A stretch of DNA of 64,000 nucleotides from an uncultured Bacilli bacterium (GTDB lineage: Bacteria > Bacillota_I > Bacilli_A > RF39 > UBA660). The position numbers and the translations under genes were made by a program. Below are positions 29,398 through 37,831 of the stretch, in pieces. The stretch lies in contig CAKOMY010000002.1 of the NCBI GenBank assembly GCA_934096815.1, forward strand, positions 9,546 through 73,545. The letters are read 5' to 3'. Numbering within the stretch: the stretch's first letter is position 1; the number at the start of each line of letters is the position of its first letter. The notes beneath the pieces are model-generated. The model ran no database searches. It was not told the DNA's origin and was given only the letters and a program-made list of their open reading frames with translations.

Positions 29398-29961
29398 TTA
29401 GTTCTTTATTTTATTTATTAAATTTTTAACAGTATTGTCATTTTTAAGATAATATAACTGTTCACACATAATTTTTAAATTTACACTAAATATTTTAGTA
29501 CATAAAGTTGGATACAAGTAATAATTTTTAATTTTATTTAATTCTTCTTTTGGAACTAAAATATTTCTAGCTATATATTCAGCATTCTTATCTCTGTATT
29601 TAAAATCTTCTTCAGTATCAAATGATTGCAAAAAAATATAATCTTCATTTGCATGTAATAAATAATACGATAATAAATACATAATAATATATCTTTTATT
29701 ACTTAGACTTCTGTGTTTATTAACAATTATTTTTTTATATTCATTATTAGTATATAAAATACCATCATTTAAATCAGGAAGAATATCACTTTCTTCAATT
29801 TCTACATCAAATAAATTTGCAAGTTTAACTGTGTTTACTTTTTTTATTTCAATCTTATTGTGATTAATGTAATATTGATTTGTATCAAATGCAATATCAA
29901 GATTTGTTTTAATTTCATTAATTTTATAATCTAAAATATCTTTATTCACATTTTCATTCAT
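29398..29961 (-). CDS. Degenerate ImmA/IrrE-like (DUF955) protein lacking HEXXH, paralog B
   Basis: 187 aa, same length as 28433..28996; YLLSYYLLHANE in place of HEXXH, then AEYIARNILVP. Confidence 0.4.
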   Translation of the reverse strand: MNENVNKDILDYKINEIKTNLDIAFDTNQYYINHNKIEIKKVNTVKLANLFDVEIEESDILPDLNDGILYTNNEYKKIIVNKHRSLSNKRYIIMYLLSYYLLHANEDYIFLQSFDTEEDFKYRDKNAEYIARNILVPKEELNKIKNYYLYPTLCTKIFSVNLKIMCEQLYYLKNDNTVKNLINKIKN

Positions 29962-29966
29962 TAAAT

Positions 29967-31079
29967 TTATTTCTCCTTTCTTATCGGTTTATTCGACAAT
30001 TCAAATTTATATGAATCTGTGTTGCATATTATATCATATATTTTTGAAGAAACAAGTTCATATTTTCTAGTTAAAAAAGTATCAGGTATTTTAGAACTTA
30101 ATAATATATCACTTTTAATATTCTTTAAGTAACGTTGTCCTATATTGTCAAAACCAAGTACTTTAACGTATTCAATATCACATTTTTTTCTATCTTCTTT
30201 AGTTAGTCCAATTAAAATATGAATAAGCATTCTTCTAATTCGGTTATATGTATATCTTTTAGATTTAACTTTATTTATTAATTCATCTATTGTTTTACAA
30301 TTATTTATTTCTTTAATTAATTTATATTCGATACCTTCATCAACAGTTAAATATTTACTTAAATCTTTATCAGTAATAATTTTATATTTAATTAACTTAA
30401 ATAATAACTCTTCATTAATCTTATTAAAAATAGGATCATAATTAATATATTTTTTTACATCAATATTATTTTTAATTTTTTCTCTTATGTTACTTGCACT
30501 TACTATATTACTTTCGCTTACAGTATCTAAATAATTACTTGTTCTTTTAATAGTGATAGGCTTAATATCATAATTATTCTTTATAATAGCTTTAATATAA
30601 CTAACGCCTAATAAATCATTAGGACTATTTAAATTAACACCAATACCTTTATTTAAGGCAGTAGGGTAGTTTATTCCTTTTTTTATTTCTTCTTTAACTT
30701 TTAAAGAAAAATCATCTTCTAATTGTTTTTTAGCAATTAATGTAAGTTTATCTATATCATTTGATTCACTACCAAAAATTATTTTATCTACTTTCATATA
30801 ATTTAATATTTTGACACTTGCATCAGCAAAAGTATCAGCTGAATTAGAAGCAAAAACGAAAGGTAGTTCAACAACTATATTGATACCGTTATTAAGTGCT
30901 AATTTAGTTTTATCTTCTTTAGAAAGAATACTAATATCGCCTCTTTCTCCAAAATAACCATTAACACACAAAATAATTATTGAATCAGGACACATTTCTT
31001 TAATTTTATTAATATGATAAACATGACCATTATGAAATGGATTATATTCACAAATAATTCCGATAGTTTCCATAAACAC
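29967..31079 (-). CDS. tmcAL: tRNA(Met) cytidine acetate ligase (YlbM/DUF795 nucleotidyltransferase family)
   Basis: N-terminus METIGIICEYNPFHNGHVYHI matches the HIGH-like nucleotidyltransferase signature of TmcAL/YlbM; 370 aa. Confidence 0.7.
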   Translation of the reverse strand: MFMETIGIICEYNPFHNGHVYHINKIKEMCPDSIIILCVNGYFGERGDISILSKEDKTKLALNNGINIVVELPFVFASNSADTFADASVKILNYMKVDKIIFGSESNDIDKLTLIAKKQLEDDFSLKVKEEIKKGINYPTALNKGIGVNLNSPNDLLGVSYIKAIIKNNYDIKPITIKRTSNYLDTVSESNIVSASNIREKIKNNIDVKKYINYDPIFNKINEELLFKLIKYKIITDKDLSKYLTVDEGIEYKLIKEINNCKTIDELINKVKSKRYTYNRIRRMLIHILIGLTKEDRKKCDIEYVKVLGFDNIGQRYLKNIKSDILLSSKIPDTFLTRKYELVSSKIYDIICNTDSYKFELSNKPIRKEK

Positions 31080-31128
31080 CTCAAAGTTATTATAGCAAAA
31101 TATATGATTTTATGATAACATTTTTATA

Positions 31129-31566
31129 GTGATTAATATGGAAAGACTAAATATATATTTTATGCATTCGAATAAATTTGATTATGAAAATTTAATATAC
31201 AAAAAAGTATTAAGTAGTAGTGTTTGTTTAAGTCAAAATTTTATTTTACCTTATAGTGATAATAATAAAACTAAATATGCTAAGGATTTAATTAAAAATG
31301 CTGATTTAGTAATAGTTGATTTATATAAACCTTCCTTTGGATTATCTTTAGAACTTAGATGGTTATCTAAAATTAAAGATAAAAAAGTTTTATTTTTATC
31401 TCAAGATAATATGATTCCTAAAAAATATCGTAAATTAGTAACTGATTTAACTAAATATGATGAAAATAATACTTATATTAAATTAATTGAAGATTTTATT
31501 AATAAAGAATTAGAGATTCGAAGTAAAGTTAAAGATAATGTTTATACAATTGGAGAAATAAATTAA
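31129..31566 (+). CDS. Nucleoside 2-deoxyribosyltransferase-like small protein
   Basis: IKNADLVIVDLYKPSFGLSLELRWL...KVLFL resembles the PF05014 core (ADxVxAxL...GTxxExG...KPV). Confidence 0.35.
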   Translation: MINMERLNIYFMHSNKFDYENLIYKKVLSSSVCLSQNFILPYSDNNKTKYAKDLIKNADLVIVDLYKPSFGLSLELRWLSKIKDKKVLFLSQDNMIPKKYRKLVTDLTKYDENNTYIKLIEDFINKELEIRSKVKDNVYTIGEIN

Positions 31567-31843
31567 AATAGGAATTTAAGTAGTCAAAAAATGCAGAACA
31601 AATTACTCTAAATTTGCACAATATATGTTGATAAAATCATATGTTATTCCTATAGACAGGTGAATTTGATGAGCTTAACAAAAAAGTTTATAAATAGATA
31701 AAGCGACAAAAGAAAATATATAGTTATAACAATGGAATATATTCAATTTATGAAAAATATCAACAAAAGAAATTTAAATCATACTTTTTTATTGTTTTAT
31801 CGTTAATTTTATTATATACTTTAAGCGTAAGGATGTGATAGTT

Positions 31844-33250
31844 GTGGGAAAAGTAAAATTATTAATATTTAGCATCATAGCATGTTTATTTATTAATGTA
31901 AGTGCTCTTACATATACTGAAGAAGAAGTAGTAGATAGAATTAATTCATCTAAAGTAAGTGTAAATGAGTTATTAGGGGATTTAATAAATTGGTCTGATA
32001 CAAATAAAAATGCGACTAAAAAATTAGTTAACAAAGATTTTGTTAAAAGCATTAATTCTTTAGACTTTGAAACTAACTTAAATAAGACAATAAGTAAATT
32101 AAGAAATAGTGGAGAGATTAAGGCTGCTAATGACTTAGAAGCATTAAAATCAAAACTTTTAAATAATTATAATAGTTATAAAGAAACACTTAAAATAACT
32201 AAAACTTATTTAGAAGAAAGAAAAGATTATGGAGTTAATGGTAATTTAGATGTATTTATAGCAATTAGAGAACTTGCTAAATATAATAAGTCTAGTATAT
32301 CTTCTTTAGGAAAAATATATTATAGTGATGCATTTGATTATATATATGATAATATTGATAAATATACTATTGATGAGGTAATTAGTGAATTTGATTATAT
32401 TTATGAATTAGATATTGTTAATAAACTATTTAATAAGTCTGATGAGTTTATGGCAATTTATAATGATTATCATTTAGAAGACTATGATGATTTATTTAAG
32501 GATTACTTTGGAAGTTATTATAGTACTTTAAAGAAAGATTATTATAAATTATATGATAAATTAGAAAGTAAATATCAGGCTATTTTAGAAAAGAAAGTTA
32601 AAGAAATAGTTGATAATACTGATTTGAGTAGTGATGCAAGTATTACAAATAGAAATAACAAATTATATGAATTAATAGATGAAATAGATTTAACAAGTAA
32701 TAAGTTAAATACTAGATTTAATAATATTGATTCTAAAATTAAAATAGCAAGTATTAAAAAATATACTAAAGAATATCAAACTGAAGCATTAAATAGATTT
32801 GAAGAAGCAAGTAATTATGTAAGAAAATATATTATTGATAATCTTAAATTAGATGTTAAAAATGATTCTGATAGAAAAGATTTTCAAATAAATATGGCAA
32901 AAGAAATGATTATTTATAGTGGTACAAATTTAGACATTTCAGTTATTGATAAACTTGTAAGTAATTATGGATTTTTAAGAACTGTAAACTTATTTGGAAA
33001 TAATGTTGGTACAGGAAGTAGAATTCAAATTATTAATAATGAATTAATTGTAAAAGATTTCTTATTCATAGTTAAAGGTGATGTTAGTGCATCAGGAAGA
33101 ATAGATATTTCTGATGTAGTTAAAATGGCTAATAAGATGTTTGATAAAGTTAATTTAAGTGAATTTGAAATGATGGCTGCTGATATGAATGATGATAATA
33201 AAATTGATATTACTGACATAGTATTACTTTGTAACAAGATATTTAATTAG
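31844..33250 (+). CDS. Secreted protein with C-terminal type I dockerin-like domain
   Basis: Signal peptide (cleavage near VSA-LT); two 12-residue Ca-loop repeats at the C-terminus, DVSASGRIDISD and DMNDDNKIDITD, each followed by a hydrophobic helix; GTG 31844 preferred on RBS spacing (track start 31835). Confidence 0.5.
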   Translation: MGKVKLLIFSIIACLFINVSALTYTEEEVVDRINSSKVSVNELLGDLINWSDTNKNATKKLVNKDFVKSINSLDFETNLNKTISKLRNSGEIKAANDLEALKSKLLNNYNSYKETLKITKTYLEERKDYGVNGNLDVFIAIRELAKYNKSSISSLGKIYYSDAFDYIYDNIDKYTIDEVISEFDYIYELDIVNKLFNKSDEFMAIYNDYHLEDYDDLFKDYFGSYYSTLKKDYYKLYDKLESKYQAILEKKVKEIVDNTDLSSDASITNRNNKLYELIDEIDLTSNKLNTRFNNIDSKIKIASIKKYTKEYQTEALNRFEEASNYVRKYIIDNLKLDVKNDSDRKDFQINMAKEMIIYSGTNLDISVIDKLVSNYGFLRTVNLFGNNVGTGSRIQIINNELIVKDFLFIVKGDVSASGRIDISDVVKMANKMFDKVNLSEFEMMAADMNDDNKIDITDIVLLCNKIFN

Positions 33251-33258
33251 GAGGATAT

Positions 33259-34092
33259 ATGAAAAAGATTAAAAATTTATTAATACTTGTACTTGCTATT
33301 ATTTTTACAGGAAATGTTTATGCTGCAACAGCTACAACAAGTATTACAGGAACTAATACAGTTAAAGTAGGAAATACAACTAAAATTTATATTAAATTAA
33401 ATGCAAGTGATTTAATTGAAGGTGTAGATGTAACTTATGCTGCATCAGGAAATATTCAGGTTACTAATGCTGTTATTGGTAGTGGCCTAACTCAAATGGG
33501 AAAAAATGGAAATAGATACATTCTATATGCTCAATCACCAATTAAAAGTGGATCAACAGTTTTAACACTTACAGTAAAGGGTACAAAAGAAGGATCTGGA
33601 ACAATAACAGTATCAAAAATGGAAGCAACAGTAAGTGGTGGAACAGTAAATGGTGGAACAAAGTCTTATAATATTAAAGTAAATCCTGCTAAAACTGCTT
33701 CAGAAATAAAAGCTGAAGAAGAAGCTGCTAAAAATAAAGAAGAAGAAAGAAAAGCAAAGGAAGAAGCTAATAAAAAAGCTTTGGAAGAAGCAAAAAAATT
33801 AGTAGAAGCTGCTGAAAAATCACTTAATAGTGAAGATTATGATGCTGCTTTAAAAGCAGTAAATGCATTAACTGATTCAGATGATAAAACAAAATTAGTT
33901 GAAAGATTAGATAAAGTAAAATTTGATATTGAAGTAAATAAAGCTGCGTTAAATAAATGTTCAAATAAAGAACCAAATCAAACTGTATGTAACAATGTTG
34001 ATTGTAAGAAATGGATACTTCTTTCAGTAATCTTATTTGTTGGATTATTAACTGAAACAGCATATATTATTATTCGTAAAAATAATAAATAA
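33259..34092 (+). CDS. Membrane-anchored surface protein: signal peptide, about 125-aa beta-rich domain (possible cohesin-like), E/K/A coiled linker, C-terminal TM anchor
   Basis: Signal VYAATAT; S/T/G/V-rich beta domain; EEEAAKNKEEERKAKEEANKKALEEAKK linker; C-terminal WILLSVILFVGLL...RKNNK. Confidence 0.4.
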   Translation: MKKIKNLLILVLAIIFTGNVYAATATTSITGTNTVKVGNTTKIYIKLNASDLIEGVDVTYAASGNIQVTNAVIGSGLTQMGKNGNRYILYAQSPIKSGSTVLTLTVKGTKEGSGTITVSKMEATVSGGTVNGGTKSYNIKVNPAKTASEIKAEEEAAKNKEEERKAKEEANKKALEEAKKLVEAAEKSLNSEDYDAALKAVNALTDSDDKTKLVERLDKVKFDIEVNKAALNKCSNKEPNQTVCNNVDCKKWILLSVILFVGLLTETAYIIIRKNNK

Positions 34093-34117
34093 AGGTTATA
34101 AATAAATGGTATTAATT

Positions 34118-34151
34118 AGGGAAATAATGATTGGTTATTTCTCTTTTTTTA
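34118..34151 (+). terminator. Rho-independent terminator
   Basis: agggaaataa-tgattgg-ttatttctct (10-bp stem with one G-U) followed by TTTTTTT. Confidence 0.55.
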
Positions 34152-34167
34152 TGTTTAAAAAATAAAA

Positions 34168-34284
34168 GTGGGTGCAAAAAGGTGCAAGTACAACCAAAAA
34201 GTGGGTGCAAAAAGGTGCAAGTACAACCAAAAAGTGGGTGCAAAAAGGTGCAAGTACAACCAAAAAGTGGGTGCAAAAAGGTGT
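34168..34284. repeat. 33-bp direct tandem repeat, 3.5 copies (GTGGGTGCAAAAAGGTGCAAGTACAACCAAAAA)
   Basis: Three perfect copies (34168, 34201, 34234) plus a partial fourth; intergenic; GC-richer than the surroundings. Confidence 0.85.
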
Positions 34285-34403
34285 AAATCATACATATACA
34301 ATATATTAATCAATTAATCTTATTATTAGTATTCCATATTTCGACAAATAATATCAAAAAAATTAAATATAATAATAACGGATATTAAAGGAGAAATAAG
34401 TTT

Positions 34404-34502
34404 ATGAATATGTTTACAATCTTTTTTATAGGATTATTTATAGGTGGATTATTAGGTATAACCTTAATGTGTATGTTACAAATTAATAAAGATAAGTATT
34501 AG
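34404..34502 (+). CDS. Small hydrophobic peptide (32 aa), possible membrane micro-protein
   Basis: AAAGGAGAAATAAGTTT-ATG RBS; MNMFTIFFIGLFIGGLLGITLMCMLQINKDKY is a single TM helix; followed by a hairpin and T run. Confidence 0.3.
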   Translation: MNMFTIFFIGLFIGGLLGITLMCMLQINKDKY

Positions 34503-34616
34503 AGAAAAGGTCAATAATTGATCTTTTTTTAGTTTATCTAAATTTTTATTCATATTACAAGATCTTAAGTACTATTATTTAAAAGAGTGTGATTTATTAA
34601 TAATGTTAGGAGACTT

Positions 34617-34952
34617 ATGGAAAAACAAGATTTGAAAAAAATAAAAAGAAAAGATCTTTTAGAATTATTACTGGCACAGACTAATAGAATTAGAGAATTA
34701 GAAGAAGAAAATATAAAACTTCAAAATGAATTAAATAATCGAAAAATTAAGATTGATGAATCAGGAACACTTGCAGAAGCAGCTCTTAAGCTTAATAATC
34801 TTTTTGAAGATGCTGAGAAAGCTATCGATGATTATTTTTACAATCTTGAAGCTAGGCAGGGTAATAGTATATCCAAAAAAGATACTATAGTTACAATAAA
34901 TAATATTAGAAAGCCACTTAATAATAAGAAAAGTAATTATGAAAAAAACTAA
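34617..34952 (+). CDS. Coiled-coil protein, hypothetical
   Basis: 111 aa with heptad-like charged pattern; overlaps the start of the signal peptidase gene. Confidence 0.3.
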   Translation: MEKQDLKKIKRKDLLELLLAQTNRIRELEEENIKLQNELNNRKIKIDESGTLAEAALKLNNLFEDAEKAIDDYFYNLEARQGNSISKKDTIVTINNIRKPLNNKKSNYEKN

Positions 34953-35529
34953 AGAAAAACTAAATTATAAAGATTTAATTGTTTCAGATATTGAAGATGA
35001 AATTGCTAGAGAAAAATATAAAAAAAGTTTTACTAAAATACTTACAAATACCTTATTTATATTATTAATTATTTTAGCAGTTGGTTCAATTATAACAACT
35101 ATCTTTATGCCAGTTATAGAAGTTACATCATCTAGTATGAAACCAATAATTAATGATGGTAATTTAATTTTAAATTTTAAAACTAATAATTATAGAACTG
35201 GAGATATAGTTTCATTTTATCATGGTAATAAGATACTTATTAAAAGAGTTATTGGAACTAGTGGAGATTTTATAAATATAGATATAGATGGGAATGTGTA
35301 TGTAAATGGAAATAAAATAAATATTCCTAATGTTACAAACTTAAAAAAGGGGAATGGAGATGTAACTTTTCCTTTACAAGTACCAGAAAATTCTTTATTC
35401 GTATTAAGTGATGAAAGAGATAATATGTTTGATTCAAGGACTAGTGAAATAGGTTTTGTAAGTAAAAATGACACAATAGGTAAGGTTATTTTAAAAATTT
35501 ATCCATTAAATGAGATAAGAATCATATAA
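34939..35529 (+). CDS. Signal peptidase I (S26 family, P-type), pilus-locus associated
   Basis: N-terminal TM; SSSMKP (Ser box), IKRVIGTSGD (Lys box), LSDERDNMFDSR (GDNRxxSxDSR-like box). Confidence 0.7.
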   Translation: MKKTKEKLNYKDLIVSDIEDEIAREKYKKSFTKILTNTLFILLIILAVGSIITTIFMPVIEVTSSSMKPIINDGNLILNFKTNNYRTGDIVSFYHGNKILIKRVIGTSGDFINIDIDGNVYVNGNKINIPNVTNLKKGNGDVTFPLQVPENSLFVLSDERDNMFDSRTSEIGFVSKNDTIGKVILKIYPLNEIRII

Positions 35530-35548
35530 TAACTTAGCGGGAGGTTTT

Positions 35549-37816
35549 ATGAGAAAACTTAAACAATTTATCTTATTGTTCTTTATATTCATTTTCGTAC
35601 TAAATCCTTTTTTAAATGTTTTTGCAAGTAATAATGAACAACAAATTAAATATATTGGTACAACTACAACTGGTGAAAAGGCTACAATTAGTAAAATTAT
35701 TACTCCTTCAGAATTAGAAAATTATTTTGATATAACTTTAAAAGTTAAAACAGAAGAAGAACTTAGAAAGCAAGATATGTCAATTGTAATAGTTATGGAT
35801 ATATCTAATACTATGAATGATTATTTAGATATAAATAAAACGGATACTAAATATGATGCTGCAATTAAAGCGATGGAAAGTTTTATTAAAAAGTTTGCGA
35901 GTGTTTCTTTAAATGTTCCAAACTCTGTAACTCGTAAAATTGGATTTGTTGCTTTTAATACTGATGCTCATTTAATATTTTCCTTAAGTGATTGTAAAAC
36001 GCAAGAAGAAGCAGATGCTTTAATAGATAAAATGAAAACAAGTACTAAAAAAATTATTAAAGCTGATGGCTATAAAGATTCTCACTTACGATTTACTAAT
36101 ATTGAAGCTGGATTAAAAGCATCTAGTGATATGCTTACTTATGTTACTTCTAATAAACATGTTATTTTCTTATCGGATGGTTTTCCAACAACTTATATTT
36201 CATCTGGTTACAAAGGATATGATCCATATACAATTTATAAAGCAAACAGTAATGATTCTAAAGAAGGATATTTCTTTGATGGTAAAAAAACTACAACTTC
36301 AAATAATCAAAAAGTATGCTTATATGGAACTAGTTATAGTGATAGAGGAGCAATAAAAGCAAGGAATATGGCTATACAAATGAAAAAAAATAATATAACT
36401 ATCCATTCAGTAGGTGTTGGAATAATCAAAAAAGAAGATGGAGGAACTTTAAAAACTATTGCAGAATATCGTAGTCAAAGTAATAAAAGTAATTTTTCGG
36501 TTATCGATGTTGATAAAAATGCAACCAAGTATGAAATTGGTGGTGAAAATGATTTAGAAGGATATAAAAATTGGTTAAAAAATAAAATTGGTTCAAACAT
36601 ATATTATGATGCAACAGATACAGCGGGAATGAATGAAGCGTTTAATGGAATATTTGAAAATGTAAAGCTTTTATCTGAAGCAGGTGAAGTAATAGATCCA
36701 ATGGGTGATGATATTGAGTTTGTTAAGTTTTATAATAATCAAGATAATAAAGTTACATATGATAATGAGACAATTAAATGGAATTTAAAAGATTCTAAGT
36801 TTGTAACAAGTGTTAAAGATAATATTACTTATTATGAATATGAACTTAAATATCAAATAAGATTAGAAAATGAAAATCCTGATTTTAATTATAATAATGC
36901 TATCTCTACTAATAAGAAAACAACCTTAAGTTATGTTATTAAAAATGGTGATGATACTATTATTAAAACATTAGATTTTAAAATTCCTACCATAGAAGGA
37001 TATTATGCTTCATTAGAGTTTGATAAAAAATCAGATTATAAAAATGAAATACTTGAAGGAGCAGTTTTTGAACTTATTCATGATGATAATTGTTCTTGTA
37101 TGAGTGAGTCTAAACATATTGATAAAAATTATAAATTAACGGCAAGTTCAAATTCTAATGGTAAGGTTGTATTTAATAAAGTTCCTTCAGGACATAGTTA
37201 TAAATTACATGAAATAGAGACTGATGAATATCATAGTTTAGATGATAATTATTATAATATAAAGATTGATTTTGGGTTACTTACACATAACATAGCTAAT
37301 AATACAATTATAAATAATATAATTAAGAAGGATTTAATTATAAGTAAAGTTGTTAAAAATATAACAACTAATAAATCATTTGATTTTGAAATAAATGCAA
37401 ATTATAAAAATAAACAATTAAATGGTACATATCAAGTTATTAGAAACACAAGTGGTAAAGAAACTAATGAATCAATAACATTTATAGATGGCAAAACTAA
37501 GTTTAAATTAAAAAATAATGAATCAATAACAATTAAGGATTTACCTTTTAAAATAGATTTTAATATTAAGGAATTAAATTATGATGGTTTTAGTGTTAAG
37601 TATCAAATTAATGATGGAGATATAAAGAAATTTAATGATAATAAAATAAAAAGTAGTTTAGAAGATGATATGAAAATAAAATTTATTAATTATTCAGGAT
37701 ATATGATGCCTGAAACTGGTAGTAATAAAATGTTAATTTTAGCAATAATAGGTACATTTTTAGTTTTAATACCTATTTTGTATATATCAGTTAATACTTT
37801 TAAAAAGTTTAACTAA
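35549..37816 (+). CDS. Pilus tip adhesin candidate: vWA (MIDAS) domain surface protein with C-terminal sortase signal
   Basis: Signal peptide; vWA MIDAS IVIVMDISNTMND (DxSxS) and ...IFLSDGFPT; C-terminus MPETG, then hydrophobic helix, then KKFN. Confidence 0.6.
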   Translation: MRKLKQFILLFFIFIFVLNPFLNVFASNNEQQIKYIGTTTTGEKATISKIITPSELENYFDITLKVKTEEELRKQDMSIVIVMDISNTMNDYLDINKTDTKYDAAIKAMESFIKKFASVSLNVPNSVTRKIGFVAFNTDAHLIFSLSDCKTQEEADALIDKMKTSTKKIIKADGYKDSHLRFTNIEAGLKASSDMLTYVTSNKHVIFLSDGFPTTYISSGYKGYDPYTIYKANSNDSKEGYFFDGKKTTTSNNQKVCLYGTSYSDRGAIKARNMAIQMKKNNITIHSVGVGIIKKEDGGTLKTIAEYRSQSNKSNFSVIDVDKNATKYEIGGENDLEGYKNWLKNKIGSNIYYDATDTAGMNEAFNGIFENVKLLSEAGEVIDPMGDDIEFVKFYNNQDNKVTYDNETIKWNLKDSKFVTSVKDNITYYEYELKYQIRLENENPDFNYNNAISTNKKTTLSYVIKNGDDTIIKTLDFKIPTIEGYYASLEFDKKSDYKNEILEGAVFELIHDDNCSCMSESKHIDKNYKLTASSNSNGKVVFNKVPSGHSYKLHEIETDEYHSLDDNYYNIKIDFGLLTHNIANNTIINNIIKKDLIISKVVKNITTNKSFDFEINANYKNKQLNGTYQVIRNTSGKETNESITFIDGKTKFKLKNNESITIKDLPFKIDFNIKELNYDGFSVKYQINDGDIKKFNDNKIKSSLEDDMKIKFINYSGYMMPETGSNKMLILAIIGTFLVLIPILYISVNTFKKFN

Positions 37817-37831
37817 GAAAGGAAAAAGAGA

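Noticed and set aside
34168-34284. Possible CRISPR array
   Set aside because: The 33-bp units are directly adjacent with no spacers and no cas genes nearby, so it is a simple tandem repeat, not CRISPR.
34939-35529. Whether the pilus-locus signal peptidase is the SipW-type enzyme that would process the TasA-like paralog family
   Set aside because: The protein has P-type boxes (SSSMKP, KRVIG, GDNR-like SDERDNMFDSR) rather than the ER/archaeal-type SipW signature, so it was called a LepB/SipA-like pilus-associated SPase I. No sipW-like gene was found adjacent to the paralogs.
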